Positions 22,272 to 33,382 of a stretch of DNA of 64,000 nt are shown piece by piece. The first letter of the stretch is position 1. Each line of letters starts with the position of its first letter. The notes beneath the pieces are model-generated. The model was given only the letters and a program-made list of their open reading frames with translations. It was not told the DNA's origin and did no database searches. Source of the DNA: Selaginella moellendorffii (taxonomy: Eukaryota > Plantae > Lycopodiophyta); contig NW_003314395.1 in the NCBI RefSeq assembly GCF_000143415.4, forward strand, positions 186,001-250,000, read 5' to 3'. The position numbers were made by a program, and so were the translations under genes.

Positions 22272-23843
22272 ATGGTATCTATGGCCTATCCAAAGGACAA
22301 GATTGCCTTCTTGTATATCCACACAGAGAGTGGCGAGCTTGCCTTCATGTCACAGTCTGCATCGCAATATGTCCCAGTTACCGGCACCCGGAGTGATTTC
22401 ACGTTTTCTTCCATTGTTGCAAGCAGCAGTGCAGAAGATTTAGAGGAGGTCAAGAAAGGCACACGTTCCATTGCTCCGGAGATGAACAGGTACACCATTT
22501 CCATGATTGGAGCTGATTCCCGCACTTCCTGGGAAGGCACAGTCTATGAGAGATACATTGGCAATGGTTTCGAGGGTGTGGTTTTCACCCAGGATCCCAG
22601 CCAGGGTACTCTCCAGGAGGCTAGCGAGATGAGTTATCTGGCCTCTCTCCTGCTGGAAAACAGCGTCATGACCAGGGATTGTCTCCTGGAGCCCTTCACT
22701 TCACACACACCTCAAGAGGTGGACGACATCACCTCCCAAGTTGTGGACATCATCGAGAAGAATTACATCCACTTTCCAAACCACGACCAGTGGTTCACCA
22801 GTGGGGGCAAGCAGAGGTTTGCGGACAAGTTGAGTTACCACGTCGCAAGAAACATTCCGCTCGAGTTCATCTTGCCGGCTTTTCCAGTCAAGTCGTGTAA
22901 TCCTGACAAGACACTGGGAATGTGCCCGGACAAAGCCGAGGAGCTGGCCATTTATTCCATGAAGATCGTGGCCGATCTCATCAAGGCAGTATACCCTCCA
23001 GGCGTGCACTACAACGTCGTCTCGGATGGCCATGTCTTCTCCGATCTCGTCGGCTCTGACGATGCTGCTGTGGAGTCTTATGGCGAGATGTTTTCGGAGA
23101 TGGCACACAACTTGTATCCCGGCTTGGTCAGTTTCTTCCGCCTGGATGAGTTTCTGCTGGACAACCACAGCGAGGACAGCATTACGAAGCTTATATCCAA
23201 CACCACCGTGGAACATCCCGTTGCTACCGAGCTCACCGCCAATGCAGAGAATGCCAGGCGAGCTCTCATGTGCTTGTTTGGATGTGACGAGTCAACTGTC
23301 ACCAAGGAGATCAAGGATGACCCGGAGACTCGCAATCTTTATCGTGGCTTCTCCAGATTCATGCTCGAGGACTTGTACGAACACAAGAGCTGCAAGAACC
23401 TTCCGTCAAAGTCGGCCAAGAAGAAGCTGTGTAGCCAGGTTGCCTTCCTCATGATCCTTAGGAACCGTGCCTTCTCGGCCATGGTGGAGTGGCTCTTCCC
23501 GTTGCAGCTGCGCATCTCCATCCACCCACATCCAAACAGAGGCCCTAAGTATGGCATCAACATCATCCATTCTTCTCTAGTGGCAGCACAGCGATCCTCC
23601 GAGGAGAAGAACTTCCACATCCCAACCCCATGGCACAATGCGGTGGTGGAGCTGGCTGATGGCAAGTTCATGCTGCTGCATTCCAAAGTCATCCGAGGTT
23701 CAAGTGTGCATGCTGGAGAAATGGCATGTGAGCAACTCCAGTTGAGTCAACAGTTGCTTCTCAAGCGTGAAGGCTATAGAATGATGCTGATGAGATATCC
23801 AGATGGTAGACCCAGCCACTACAAGCAAGTCTGCGTCTGCTAA
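22272..23843 (+). CDS. Dit1/PvcA-family isocyanide synthase (pyoverdine/dityrosine biosynthesis domain), intronless, 523 aa
   Basis: FILPAFPVKSCNPDKTLGMCPDKAEELA, VVSDGHVFSDLVG, YRGFSRF, RNRAFS, LRISIHPH, KYGI and IPTPWHN motifs in the family order. Confidence 0.9.
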   Translation: MVSMAYPKDKIAFLYIHTESGELAFMSQSASQYVPVTGTRSDFTFSSIVASSSAEDLEEVKKGTRSIAPEMNRYTISMIGADSRTSWEGTVYERYIGNGFEGVVFTQDPSQGTLQEASEMSYLASLLLENSVMTRDCLLEPFTSHTPQEVDDITSQVVDIIEKNYIHFPNHDQWFTSGGKQRFADKLSYHVARNIPLEFILPAFPVKSCNPDKTLGMCPDKAEELAIYSMKIVADLIKAVYPPGVHYNVVSDGHVFSDLVGSDDAAVESYGEMFSEMAHNLYPGLVSFFRLDEFLLDNHSEDSITKLISNTTVEHPVATELTANAENARRALMCLFGCDESTVTKEIKDDPETRNLYRGFSRFMLEDLYEHKSCKNLPSKSAKKKLCSQVAFLMILRNRAFSAMVEWLFPLQLRISIHPHPNRGPKYGINIIHSSLVAAQRSSEEKNFHIPTPWHNAVVELADGKFMLLHSKVIRGSSVHAGEMACEQLQLSQQLLLKREGYRMMLMRYPDGRPSHYKQVCVC

Positions 23844-24059
23844 GTTGCTGTTTGATTCTTTCAAGGTTTTGAGTAAATTTCCTAAGTCTAAGCCCATTCT
23901 TTTAATAAAAAATGAGTACATACCATTTTTGTTTACTATTGCTATTGCCGCCATGCAGAGACAAGAATAAGATACACCATGTTGATGTCCCTAATGATCA
24001 AAAGAATATCTTCGCCCCTTCAAGTATGATATCCATGCTTTGCATTACCTTATCCTGCA

Positions 24060-24255
24060 AGGAAATATTTGAAAAGATGCCAGAGCGCAATGTGGTCTCC
24101 TGGAACGCTATGTTAACAGCATATGCCGAGAACGGGCAGCTGGAAGATGCGGTTGGTACAACCGGATGTGTTCTCCTGGACGACGCTTTTAGTGGCATAT
24201 TCGGAGGCAAGGAATATTGTCTTTGGGAGTGTGAGGTCCAACAGAAACGTTAAAG
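24060..24255 (+). pseudogene. PLS-class PPR gene fragment
   Basis: IFEKMPERNVVSWNAMLTAYAENG and frameshifted PDVFSWTTLLVAY. Confidence 0.75.
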
Positions 24256-24379
24256 ATCTTGTATTGCATCACAAGATCCAGATCTCAATCTCTATATTTA
24301 CGCTCGAATCATAATCCAATGTGCCTTTTTAAGATTCAAAGGCAGCCGCCTTTTAGGTCATACCAATCCTTTAATCGCC

Positions 24380-25276
24380 ATGACTGTGTGGAGAGCGGTC
24401 GAGACTGGTGAGTTGGTTGTGAGCGAGGAGCTCTCGTCGTTGAGGAAGATGTACGATGTGGGTTTTGAGCTTGGAAAGGGAGGGCAAGGCACTGTACACC
24501 TTGTAAGCTTTAGAATGGGTGGTAAGTTGCTAGCGGCTAAGAGCTTCGAGAGGTCGGGTGAGAGAGAGAAGGAAATCATGCTCAAACTCAACGGTTGCCA
24601 TGGTACACTAGAGATCTACGACATGGTCGAGGAGGAGCGCAAGGGCCGCTGGTGGGGATCCCTAATCTTGGAGCTCTGCTCGTGCACGCTCCGGGACAGG
24701 CTCAAGATGGTGGGGAGGCTGGCGGATGACGAGGCGGCGTTTGTGACCAAGAGCCTGGCCGAGACGCTGAGGGAGATGCACAACCTTGGGGTGGTGCACA
24801 GGGATATGAAGCTGGAAAACGTTTTGCTGACGCATCCAGCGCAACCTTACGAGGTGAAGCTGTCTGACTTTGGGGTTGCGACTGACCGGGCCGACGAGAT
24901 GCACCACCTTTGTGGCACCCCTGGGTATATGTCGCCAGATGTTCTCAGGGCTGGTGAGGGCGGATGGCCGAAATACTACACTCAAGCGGTGGACGTTTGG
25001 GGGCTCGGACTCATTCTATATGAGCTCCTTAGCGGAAGGGTGGCGTTCCCTGAGTACCACTCTGATTATGTGGAGTTATTGCTGAAAAGCGTGGACAATG
25101 TGGAGTTTGCATTGGATTGGAGTGATGTGACGAGCGAGGCAAAGGATTTGATCATGGGGATGTTGGAGGTTTATCCGAGCCGGAGGCTGACGGTGGAGCA
25201 AGTGCTTGGTCACCCCTGGATCGTGAACAACACCAGCGAGCTGTTTACCAGGAACTTTATTTGCAAGATTATGTAA
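24380..25276 (+). CDS. Minimal intronless CAMK-group Ser/Thr kinase, copy 3
   Basis: Near-identical to copies 1 and 2, in inverted orientation. Confidence 0.9.
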   Translation: MTVWRAVETGELVVSEELSSLRKMYDVGFELGKGGQGTVHLVSFRMGGKLLAAKSFERSGEREKEIMLKLNGCHGTLEIYDMVEEERKGRWWGSLILELCSCTLRDRLKMVGRLADDEAAFVTKSLAETLREMHNLGVVHRDMKLENVLLTHPAQPYEVKLSDFGVATDRADEMHHLCGTPGYMSPDVLRAGEGGWPKYYTQAVDVWGLGLILYELLSGRVAFPEYHSDYVELLLKSVDNVEFALDWSDVTSEAKDLIMGMLEVYPSRRLTVEQVLGHPWIVNNTSELFTRNFICKIM

Positions 25277-25431
25277 GAACAAGACACAAAGAAACTGTAT
25301 GTACATTATACATTATCATGTAAAATGTACATAGCAGAATGGATTCCATGTAGTAAGAACAAGACAAAGCTATAATCTATTTAACGATTCTTCCGTAATC
25401 ATTTCTTTCGATGATTGTATATACATTTGTT

Positions 25432-26817
25432 TCATTTCTTCTCCGTTGCAACGCCCACGACGACGTTGCTCACCTGTTATCAAGCATCCTCGTTACATGG
25501 TCGCAGGATCAAAACGCACGGACGTACCAGTTTTCCACTCTCGTCAATCGTCATCGGGTTTTCAACGACGACTGTCTGAGGCTGTGGTCGAGGCTGCGGC
25601 TGCACAAGCAACAAGAACAGCAAATCATTCTCCAGAAACTGCAAGGAATAGTTACCAATTCCTGAGTTTGGAGCAGCGGCATGTATGGAGGAGGCGTGTG
25701 CGGCGGGAAAGGAAACCTCACATTGCTCATCTGTTGGCGAGAGAGATCAGAGAAAAACACACCGATGGAAAGGATCCTTACAGTGATTGGTGTGATGTAT
25801 TGGCACAAAGCGCATTTCACCGATTGTGCCCCGAACGCATAAACAAGCGTTGTGCTGCATCCTCCACAGTTTACGTGCGCTATCTGGTTCGCTGCGAGGA
25901 AGAGAAAAGATATCTCAAGGACCGGAAAAATCTACAAACTTAACTTACCATCCATTGCAACGTTTACTGTGTGGCAGCACGAGCACTGAACGCTCGTCGC
26001 TCCACGGATGTAGAGAAGCAAAGTCCGACATCCTCCACACACAAGTTGTGCCATCTCTGGTCCTGGACGTTCACAACTAGAAACCCAGACATCCGCAATC
26101 CAAAGGAGGAAGTGGAACATACCTTGCGGTGAAACTGGCGTGATGCAGCTACACAGAGCACACCGGACGTTGGTTGCTCCATGTGGATATATGAGAAGTG
26201 TTCTACAGCCACTGCAAATCAACTGGCTTTGAGCACCTGGAAGAATTTACATCAGGTCACTATTCTAACAATGATTCAGTAAGAACTGCTATAGACAGCG
26301 ATAACTATTCTATCAAGCAATGAAAGTAACAAGAACTCTTCTATCAGGGAACGAAAGTAGCAAGAGCTAAGAACAATTCTACCAAGCAATGCAAGTAACA
26401 AGAACTCTTCTATCAGGTAACGAAAGTAGCAAGAGCTAAGAACTATTCTACCAAGCAACGAAAGTAGAAATAGAACGAATGGCATCTATTCTATCGATCG
26501 AGACCAATGAACAAACCTGGAAGAGGAAGGAATGGGAGAAGAGGAGGATGTGATGGATATGGCGCGATAGGAACGGGCAGAGAAGGCGGCGTCCATGGAT
26601 TGCTCCTGATCAAGCTGCTGCTGCTGCTAGAACCAGCCAAATTGTTGGCGGCGCTGGTATCAGCTTCAGCAGGCGATCCAGACGGCGCCGCCGAGCTCCC
26701 CAATCCCGCCCCTCCCTGCGCCGCTACTAGCACCGCCGCGGCAGCCTCATTCTGATCCGGTGGAGGAGGCGCGTCGCCCCCGCCTCCAGCGATCAACGCA
26801 CTGTTGCCGCCGAGCAT
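25432..26817 (-). CDS. LSD1: LSD1-type zinc-finger protein (3 fingers)
   Basis: [44 protein letters not shown] and a third finger ending KCALC; C-terminus [15 protein letters not shown]|[13 protein letters not shown]. Start is approximate. Confidence 0.9.
26302..26467. repeat. About 69-bp tandem repeat (about 2.4 copies) in LSD1 intron 1
   Basis: actattctatcaagcaatgaaagtaacaagaactcttctatcagg...gagctaaga repeated. Confidence 0.8.
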
Positions 26818-27090
26818 CTTCCTCGCGAATCATTATCCTCTGGAGAAATACAGCGAGAGAGATGAATGGAGGTGGAATCACAGCGCGCTAGGGCGGTAGA
26901 GACCTTGGAAGAAATCCTCGCGCATTGCTCATCATTGCTAGGGTTCTTGGGCAGCCGTTGAAATCTCCTTTTTCGCTACTTGCTGACGTGTCCTTCTTTA
27001 GTGTAAATATCATGTTCTTTCTTACATTCCTGTCTTATGGTGTCCAGGACACTACCACTACACTGGGTTTATTTAGGGTTCTTCCTCGCG

Positions 27091-30000
27091 ATGGAAGGCG
27101 ATGGCGCGTTGCGAGCGATCGTCTACAATCGGGGCAGCTTGCGCCTTCTTGACCAGGTGTGGATTGGATGCGAGCGACACTAAGCCCGAAATTCTCTGTT
27201 TTCTTGGCAGAGGGAGCTCCCTTTCAAGATTGTGTACCTCGATGTGAACGATTCCGGCACTGGATGGTTAGAATCGATGATTCTTTCCGCGAGGGATCTC
27301 TGAGTGAGGTGTGATTTTGGCAGGAAAGCAATTAAAGATATGGTTGTTCGTGGAGCTCCGGCGATTGCCATTGCCGCAGCCTTGTCTTTGGCTGTGGAGG
27401 TCCACAATCTTCGCCCTGGCAAGGTCACGACTCCGCAAGACGCTCTCCTCCTTTTGCAGAAGCGTCTCGACTATTTGGTTTCGAGGTACGTATGATTCAT
27501 TGTTCCTTCCTTTTTTCCACTTTGGAATCCTTCTTTTTCTTTTGTAGCCGACCAACAGCCGTCAATCTCGCGGATGCCGCAGAGAAACTTAAGAAAGTGG
27601 CTTCAGTGGCAGCTAGTACCGATAATGCTAGCGCACAGGATGTGTTCCAGGTACTCGAGCACTTTGTCCATCCACATTGTGATCCATCCATGGATGCAGG
27701 CATACATTGAAGCCGCGGAGGCTTTTCTCGAAGAAGACGTCTCTTCCAACAAAGCGATTGGGGACTACGGCTCGGCGTTTCTTCTCAATGGAGCTGACGA
27801 GTCTCGCAAGCTGGCTGTTCTAACGCATTGCAATACTGGGAGGTGAGAACGACCTCTTTTGCGTGTTTTACGTAACACTTTCTTACTTTCCTGCAGTCTT
27901 GCTACTGCCGGGTATGGGACAGCTCTGGGAGTCATTAGAGCTTTACACTCGCAGAACCGCTTGCATACGGCATTTTGTACAGAAACAAGGCCGTACAACC
28001 AGGTGCGAAAGACGTCTCGTAGAACTTTGTATTGGTGGTAATCGATAATTAGCAGGGATCGCGATTGACAGCCTTTGAGCTGGTGCACGACAATATCCCC
28101 GCCGTGCTCGTTGCAGACTCTGCAGCAGCGTCGCTTCAATCTTCCGGGCGTGTGGATGCTGTCATAGTTGGCGCTGACAGAGTTGCGGCGAATGGTAAAG
28201 CCTAGCATTGTGTTTCATCTCCGTGATTTTTTGTTTCTTCAGGTGACACCGCAAATAAGATTGGAACGTACAGTCTGGCTGTGTCTGCCTCGCGCCACGG
28301 GATACCGTTTCTCGTAGCAGCGCCATTGACTTCGGTGGATTTGTCTATCTCGTCCGGCGACCAGATTTCTATCGAGGAGAGGTCAGCTTTGGAACTGACT
28401 CATACTCAGGGTGGACAAGGACATCGAGTTGCTGCCGAGGGAATATCGGTGTGGAATCCGGCGTTTGATGTAACACCAGCAGCCTTGATCTCCGCCATCA
28501 TAACTGATAAGGTACATGTCACCCGCCATGCAACTAAAGCGAAAGTGATGTTTTTCTACGTGCAGGGTGTCATTACGAAAGCTGATGAATCCGGCACCTT
28601 TGACATTCCTGCATTTGTGAAGAGCTTAACAACAACCGCTCCCGGAAAAGCCACCAGTTTTCGTCCCCTGAGCGAGAACACTGTGGCAGATTACGTGCAA
28701 AGTGTTTCGCACCTTGCGAAGCGACTTGGGGGTAGTAAACAAGACTGGGCGGTTAAAGAAGTTGGAGATGGCAATCTCAACTTTGTCTACATTGTTACGG
28801 GTGCAAGCGGCTCTTTCGTCTTAAAACAGGTAAGATTTATCGCAGCATTCATCCATTACAATGGCTCTTGTTTTCTCCATCCACAGGCCCTTCCTTATGT
28901 ACGATGTGTTGGCGATAGCTGGCCATTGTCACTGGAGCGTGCTTATTTTGAAGTTACGGCTTTGCAAGAGCACGGAAAGCACTGCCCAGAACACGTCCCG
29001 GAAGTGTATCACTTCGACCACCCGATGGCATTGTTTGCAATGCGCTATCTAGCGCCGCCGCATATCATTTTGCGGAAAGGACTAATCGCTGGAACGAAGT
29101 ATCCCTTACTGGCGGAACACATGTCGGACTACATGGCCAGGACGTTGTTCAACACTTCGCTTTTGGCAACTTCTACAACTGAACACAAGGCGGCAGGTTA
29201 TATCCTCGTTTCTTTTCTTTTTTTTTCCATTCACCTTGGAATCACGTCGTCATGTGCAGTCGCCAAGTTCTGTGGGAACGTCGAGCTTTGCAGATTGACA
29301 GAACAGGTGGTCTTCACGGAGCCGTATATGATCGCGTCAAACAATCACTGGACAACACCTCAGCTAGATGAGGACGCTAAGTCCATCCGCGAAGATGATT
29401 ATTTAAAGCTCGAGATTGCCTCGCTGAAGTCCAAGTAAGCCTTTCGTGCTTTCTTTTGCACAGCACCTACATTCATTCTGCTGTTGTTTGCAGGTTTTGT
29501 GAAAAGTCACAAGCATTGATTCATGGAGACTTACACACGGGATCAGTGATGGTCACTCAGGAGTCGACACAAGTGATTGATCCAGAGTTCGCATTCTACG
29601 GGCCAATGGGGTTTGACATTGGAGCCTTTCTCGGGAACCTTGCTCTTGCGTACTTTTCACAAGACGGTCATACGTCTGACAACAGCAATAGAGATGTAAG
29701 TCACTGCTCAAACTTGCAAGGCCTTTAACGCAAACGTCCACCGCTTCTTCAGGAATACAAAGAATGGATATTGAAAGTTCTACAGGATACCTGGAATTTA
29801 TTCAAAGAGAAGTTCCTTCTCTTGTGGACAGACAAATCCCAGAGCATGGGCGACGCATATCCGGCTGGCGTTTACACGTCGCTTGAGACTCATAAACTGG
29901 CCCAGAAGATTTATCTCAGGGACTTGTTCGAAGATGCGCTGGGTTTTGCCGGGGCAAAGATGATAAGGTAACAACAATAAGTTCTTTCGTAAGCTTTGTA

Positions 30001-30198
30001 AATCTTTGTTAACGTAAACTTTGTGCAAGCAGGAGAATCGTGGGCATTGCACACGTAGAGGATTTCGAATCGATCGAAAACCCAGAGTTGCGGTCACAAT
30101 GTGAAAGACGCGCGTTAAATTTTGCAAAAGATTTGCTCAAGACGAGATCCAAGCTCGCGTCAATTGAGGAAGTAATTCAGCTTATCAGAAAAGTGTGA
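27091..30198 (+). CDS. Fused methylthioribose-1-phosphate isomerase (MTI/mtnA) and methylthioribose kinase (MTK/mtnK)
   Basis: MTI motifs: [43 protein letters not shown] motifs: [35 protein letters not shown]. Both are joined inside exon 28566-28829. Confidence 0.9.
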
Positions 30199-30335
30199 GA
30201 TAACAATCATACAATCAAACTGCCAACGTACTCAGCTTTCCTGAAAATAAACCGAAAATCGAAATAAGAAATAGTTGAGAACTTCAAGCGTGGTGATTCA
30301 CTTACCAGCTTAATTATATTAGTGGAAGAGAAAAT

Positions 30336-33013
30336 TTACTTTGCGTAAAGCACGTCTTCCCAAGGATGTCTGTAGAGTGGCTGTTTTAATCTCTTTTGAT
30401 CGAAGGTATGCCTGGCAAAGCACGCGTTGTAAAAATGTGAAAGAAAAGAAGAATCAGCCATACCCGATCAAGCCGATAGTCCTAGCAAGAACAAAAAGTC
30501 CGTTGAGGTATCCGATTCCTACGATCTCATCTATTTCCTGCTGGCTGAACATTGCGCAGCTCGCGAGAAGATCTAAGAAGAGCGAGCCAATGGCACCGTC
30601 CACGTTGAGCACCAAGGTGTTCGACTTGGATAGTGTGTAGCTCTCGACACGAACTGCATACTCCATGTACTTGACCGACGGAAAGAAAGTTCGGCCATAG
30701 TGCTGGAGTAGCTCAACCCTCTTGTCACGATTGTCACCTCTCTTAATTCTGCAGGTATGAAGTATAAGAGATCATATATTTCGAGAACACAACGACAAGT
30801 ACCTGTGACCAATCCCTGGTACACGAATTCCTTTCTTTTTCATGGACTCCACGAAGTCATATGGTGTCAAGTTCTGTAGAACACGCACTGTGACGAAAAA
30901 ATAGAAGAAGAGAGGGTTCCACCTTGTCGTAAGCATCTTTGAAGTAGCGGGCTGCATCATCAATAGCTCCGCCAAAACGAGGTCCTATTGTAAGAAGGCC
31001 TGCACAAGAAAATAGTTGTAAAAATACCGATGGAGTCACACGAACCTGAGACTAGAGATGATACTAGATCCTTGCCAGCACGGGAGGTTACAATCGTATT
31101 GTGCGCGCCAGAAACGCAGGGACCATGGTCTGCACAGAGGATGATACACATCTGCAAAATTTGAACGAAGATTTAAACGCGAGTCTACAAAGACAATACA
31201 TGCCTCAATGAATTTTGTGCAGTATTTTGGAAGGCTTCTCTTGAACCAGAGCAACGATATTACGTCACCAAGGCCATAGTCCTTTTCAATGATTGTGGAA
31301 ATTTGTACACCAGCGTAAGTTGGTTCATCACCTTCAGGAATAACAGGCGAATTATTAGCTCTTTAGCCTTCCATAGTTTCTAACGAACCTCTGTCATCGC
31401 AGATTGTAGAGACAATGTGCGTCGGAGCTCGAACTTTTCCGTTCTTCACAGCAACGTGAAGATCTTCCGGCACGGTTGGCGGTTTTGGCTCGGGAGCGGG
31501 AACAATTGTCTGGTTCGAAACCTGAGATATGGACAACAATACGTAGGATTTGGAATCGGAAATAGTACTTGAGAAATACCAGTTTGTCGTATACGCCTTT
31601 GACAGCACTTTCCAATCCTTCGTATGACGTAGGCACAATTGCACCGGCCTCTTGAAGGGCCTTATTCTTTCCCTGTGCTGATTCCATATCACCACCGCTT
31701 TTAGCACCCTACAAACGCGAAAGAAGGCAGTGACGTAAACGAGAATCGGTCTTGAAGCACTTACGGCATGTCCAAATTGCACTTCTGACTTGAAGAGTTT
31801 GGCACAGGTTCCACTGACCCACGCGACGACAGGTTTCGTCACTTTGCCTTGCTTCAATGCCTCAACCAAAGAATACTCGTCCCTTCCGCCTAATTCTCCA
31901 AGCACTACGATCATCTTGATCTGTAAGGAGCAAAATCAAACACAAACACAGCAACCTTTATGATCGCCTGCTTACCTGGGGGATGTTGTTAAATCGTAGT
32001 ACATGATCTGAGAGAGTTGACCCAGGATAAACATCCCCACCGATAGCGATTCCTGAACAAAAACTAGATTTCGTCAAACTCAATGCAAACTCAAACTCAA
32101 ATGCTTGATAGACATACCTTCATAAAGTCCATCAGTTACACGCGCTATGACATTGTACATCTCGTTAGACATGCCACCCTGTGAAAAGAAAAGTCGTTGT
32201 CAATCAGAGGAAAGATCCATTTTTCCAAATCATTTTACCGATTTTGAGACGAAACCAACTGATCCGGGCCTGTAGAGTTTGGACTGGATTATGTTCTCTA
32301 AGGTACCAGCCGTGTCTCCGATTTTGAAAGCTCCGGCTTGGATGCCTCCCACTGTAGCAGGACCAATCACAACCTGAGTATAATTCATTCCATCAGAAAC
32401 AAACAAACGTAAAAAACAGGAATTTTTCGTTACTACTTTGTGATTTAAGGCAGCAAACGCAATGAGCTTCTTTGTGTCAGCTTCCGGAACTCCTTCCGCT
32501 ATAATCACGATCACACGAATTGTAGACTGCTTCAGAGCGTCCATGGACGACTGAAAGGCACTGCAAGGGCCAAGAGAAAGTAAAGACCAACCAAGGAACC
32601 AAAAAACAGATCTATCACCTTCTAAACGATGCAAAATTGATGAACACATCCGCCACTGGATGAGCTCTACACGCAGCTTGAACACTAGAAGAAAGAACGA
32701 GGAAACCAATCCACAATGTGATCCATCCAATCCAAAGTTACATACCTCCCATAGACAGGAACAGCGATCTCTTCTTGCCCGAAGAAGAGCTTCTGGAATC
32801 CATCCGATCCGGGATTGACAATGCCGGCCACGGAAGGAATCTCGCGGCCTGGAAAGAAATCGAATGAGAGATCGATGGACAAGGGAGAGAATTCTCGAGC
32901 CGCCTGACATTACCGCACAAGAAATCGTAGTCGAGCATTCGCTGCACGGGGCTCTGCTTGTAGTTGTAGAAGAGCGCCTGCGTCGTCCGCGAGAAGAGCT
33001 GCCCCGTCGCCAT
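30336..33013 (-). CDS. ACLB: ATP-citrate lyase beta subunit
   Basis: [68 protein letters not shown] and [11 protein letters not shown]. Confidence 0.96.
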
Positions 33014-33382
33014 GGGAGCTAGCTAGGGCAATACGATCCCTCCCCCGCCCCAAAGCGCGCTCGCGACTCGCGAGTCAGCGATCCCAGACCTAAAAACTGT
33101 ATCGCATTCTCGCGAATTCGAGCTTTAAGAACGATTCTCGCGAGTGACGCCAAACGCATGCTTGTATACCAGCCCGTCAAAATGGAAGGAAAGAAGGGTC
33201 TCCGGCTCGATTCCAGAGAGCTACCTATAGAGGAGCTACCTTTAGGGTTCTTGAGTAGGGGTAAAGAGGGAAACGATCCCTCTTGTAGGTAGTGCGCAGT
33301 CGAGGGATCCGGGCGGCGCGTGGATTCACGCGGCAGCTCTACATTTTTCGATTTCTAGGGTTTCTCGAGCAGGGAAGGAGCC

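Noticed and set aside
22215-23843. Isocyanide synthase as simple microbial contamination
   Set aside because: It is contiguous with plant genes on both sides, has TATA and AATAAA signals and no operon neighbours; read-level confirmation is still needed.
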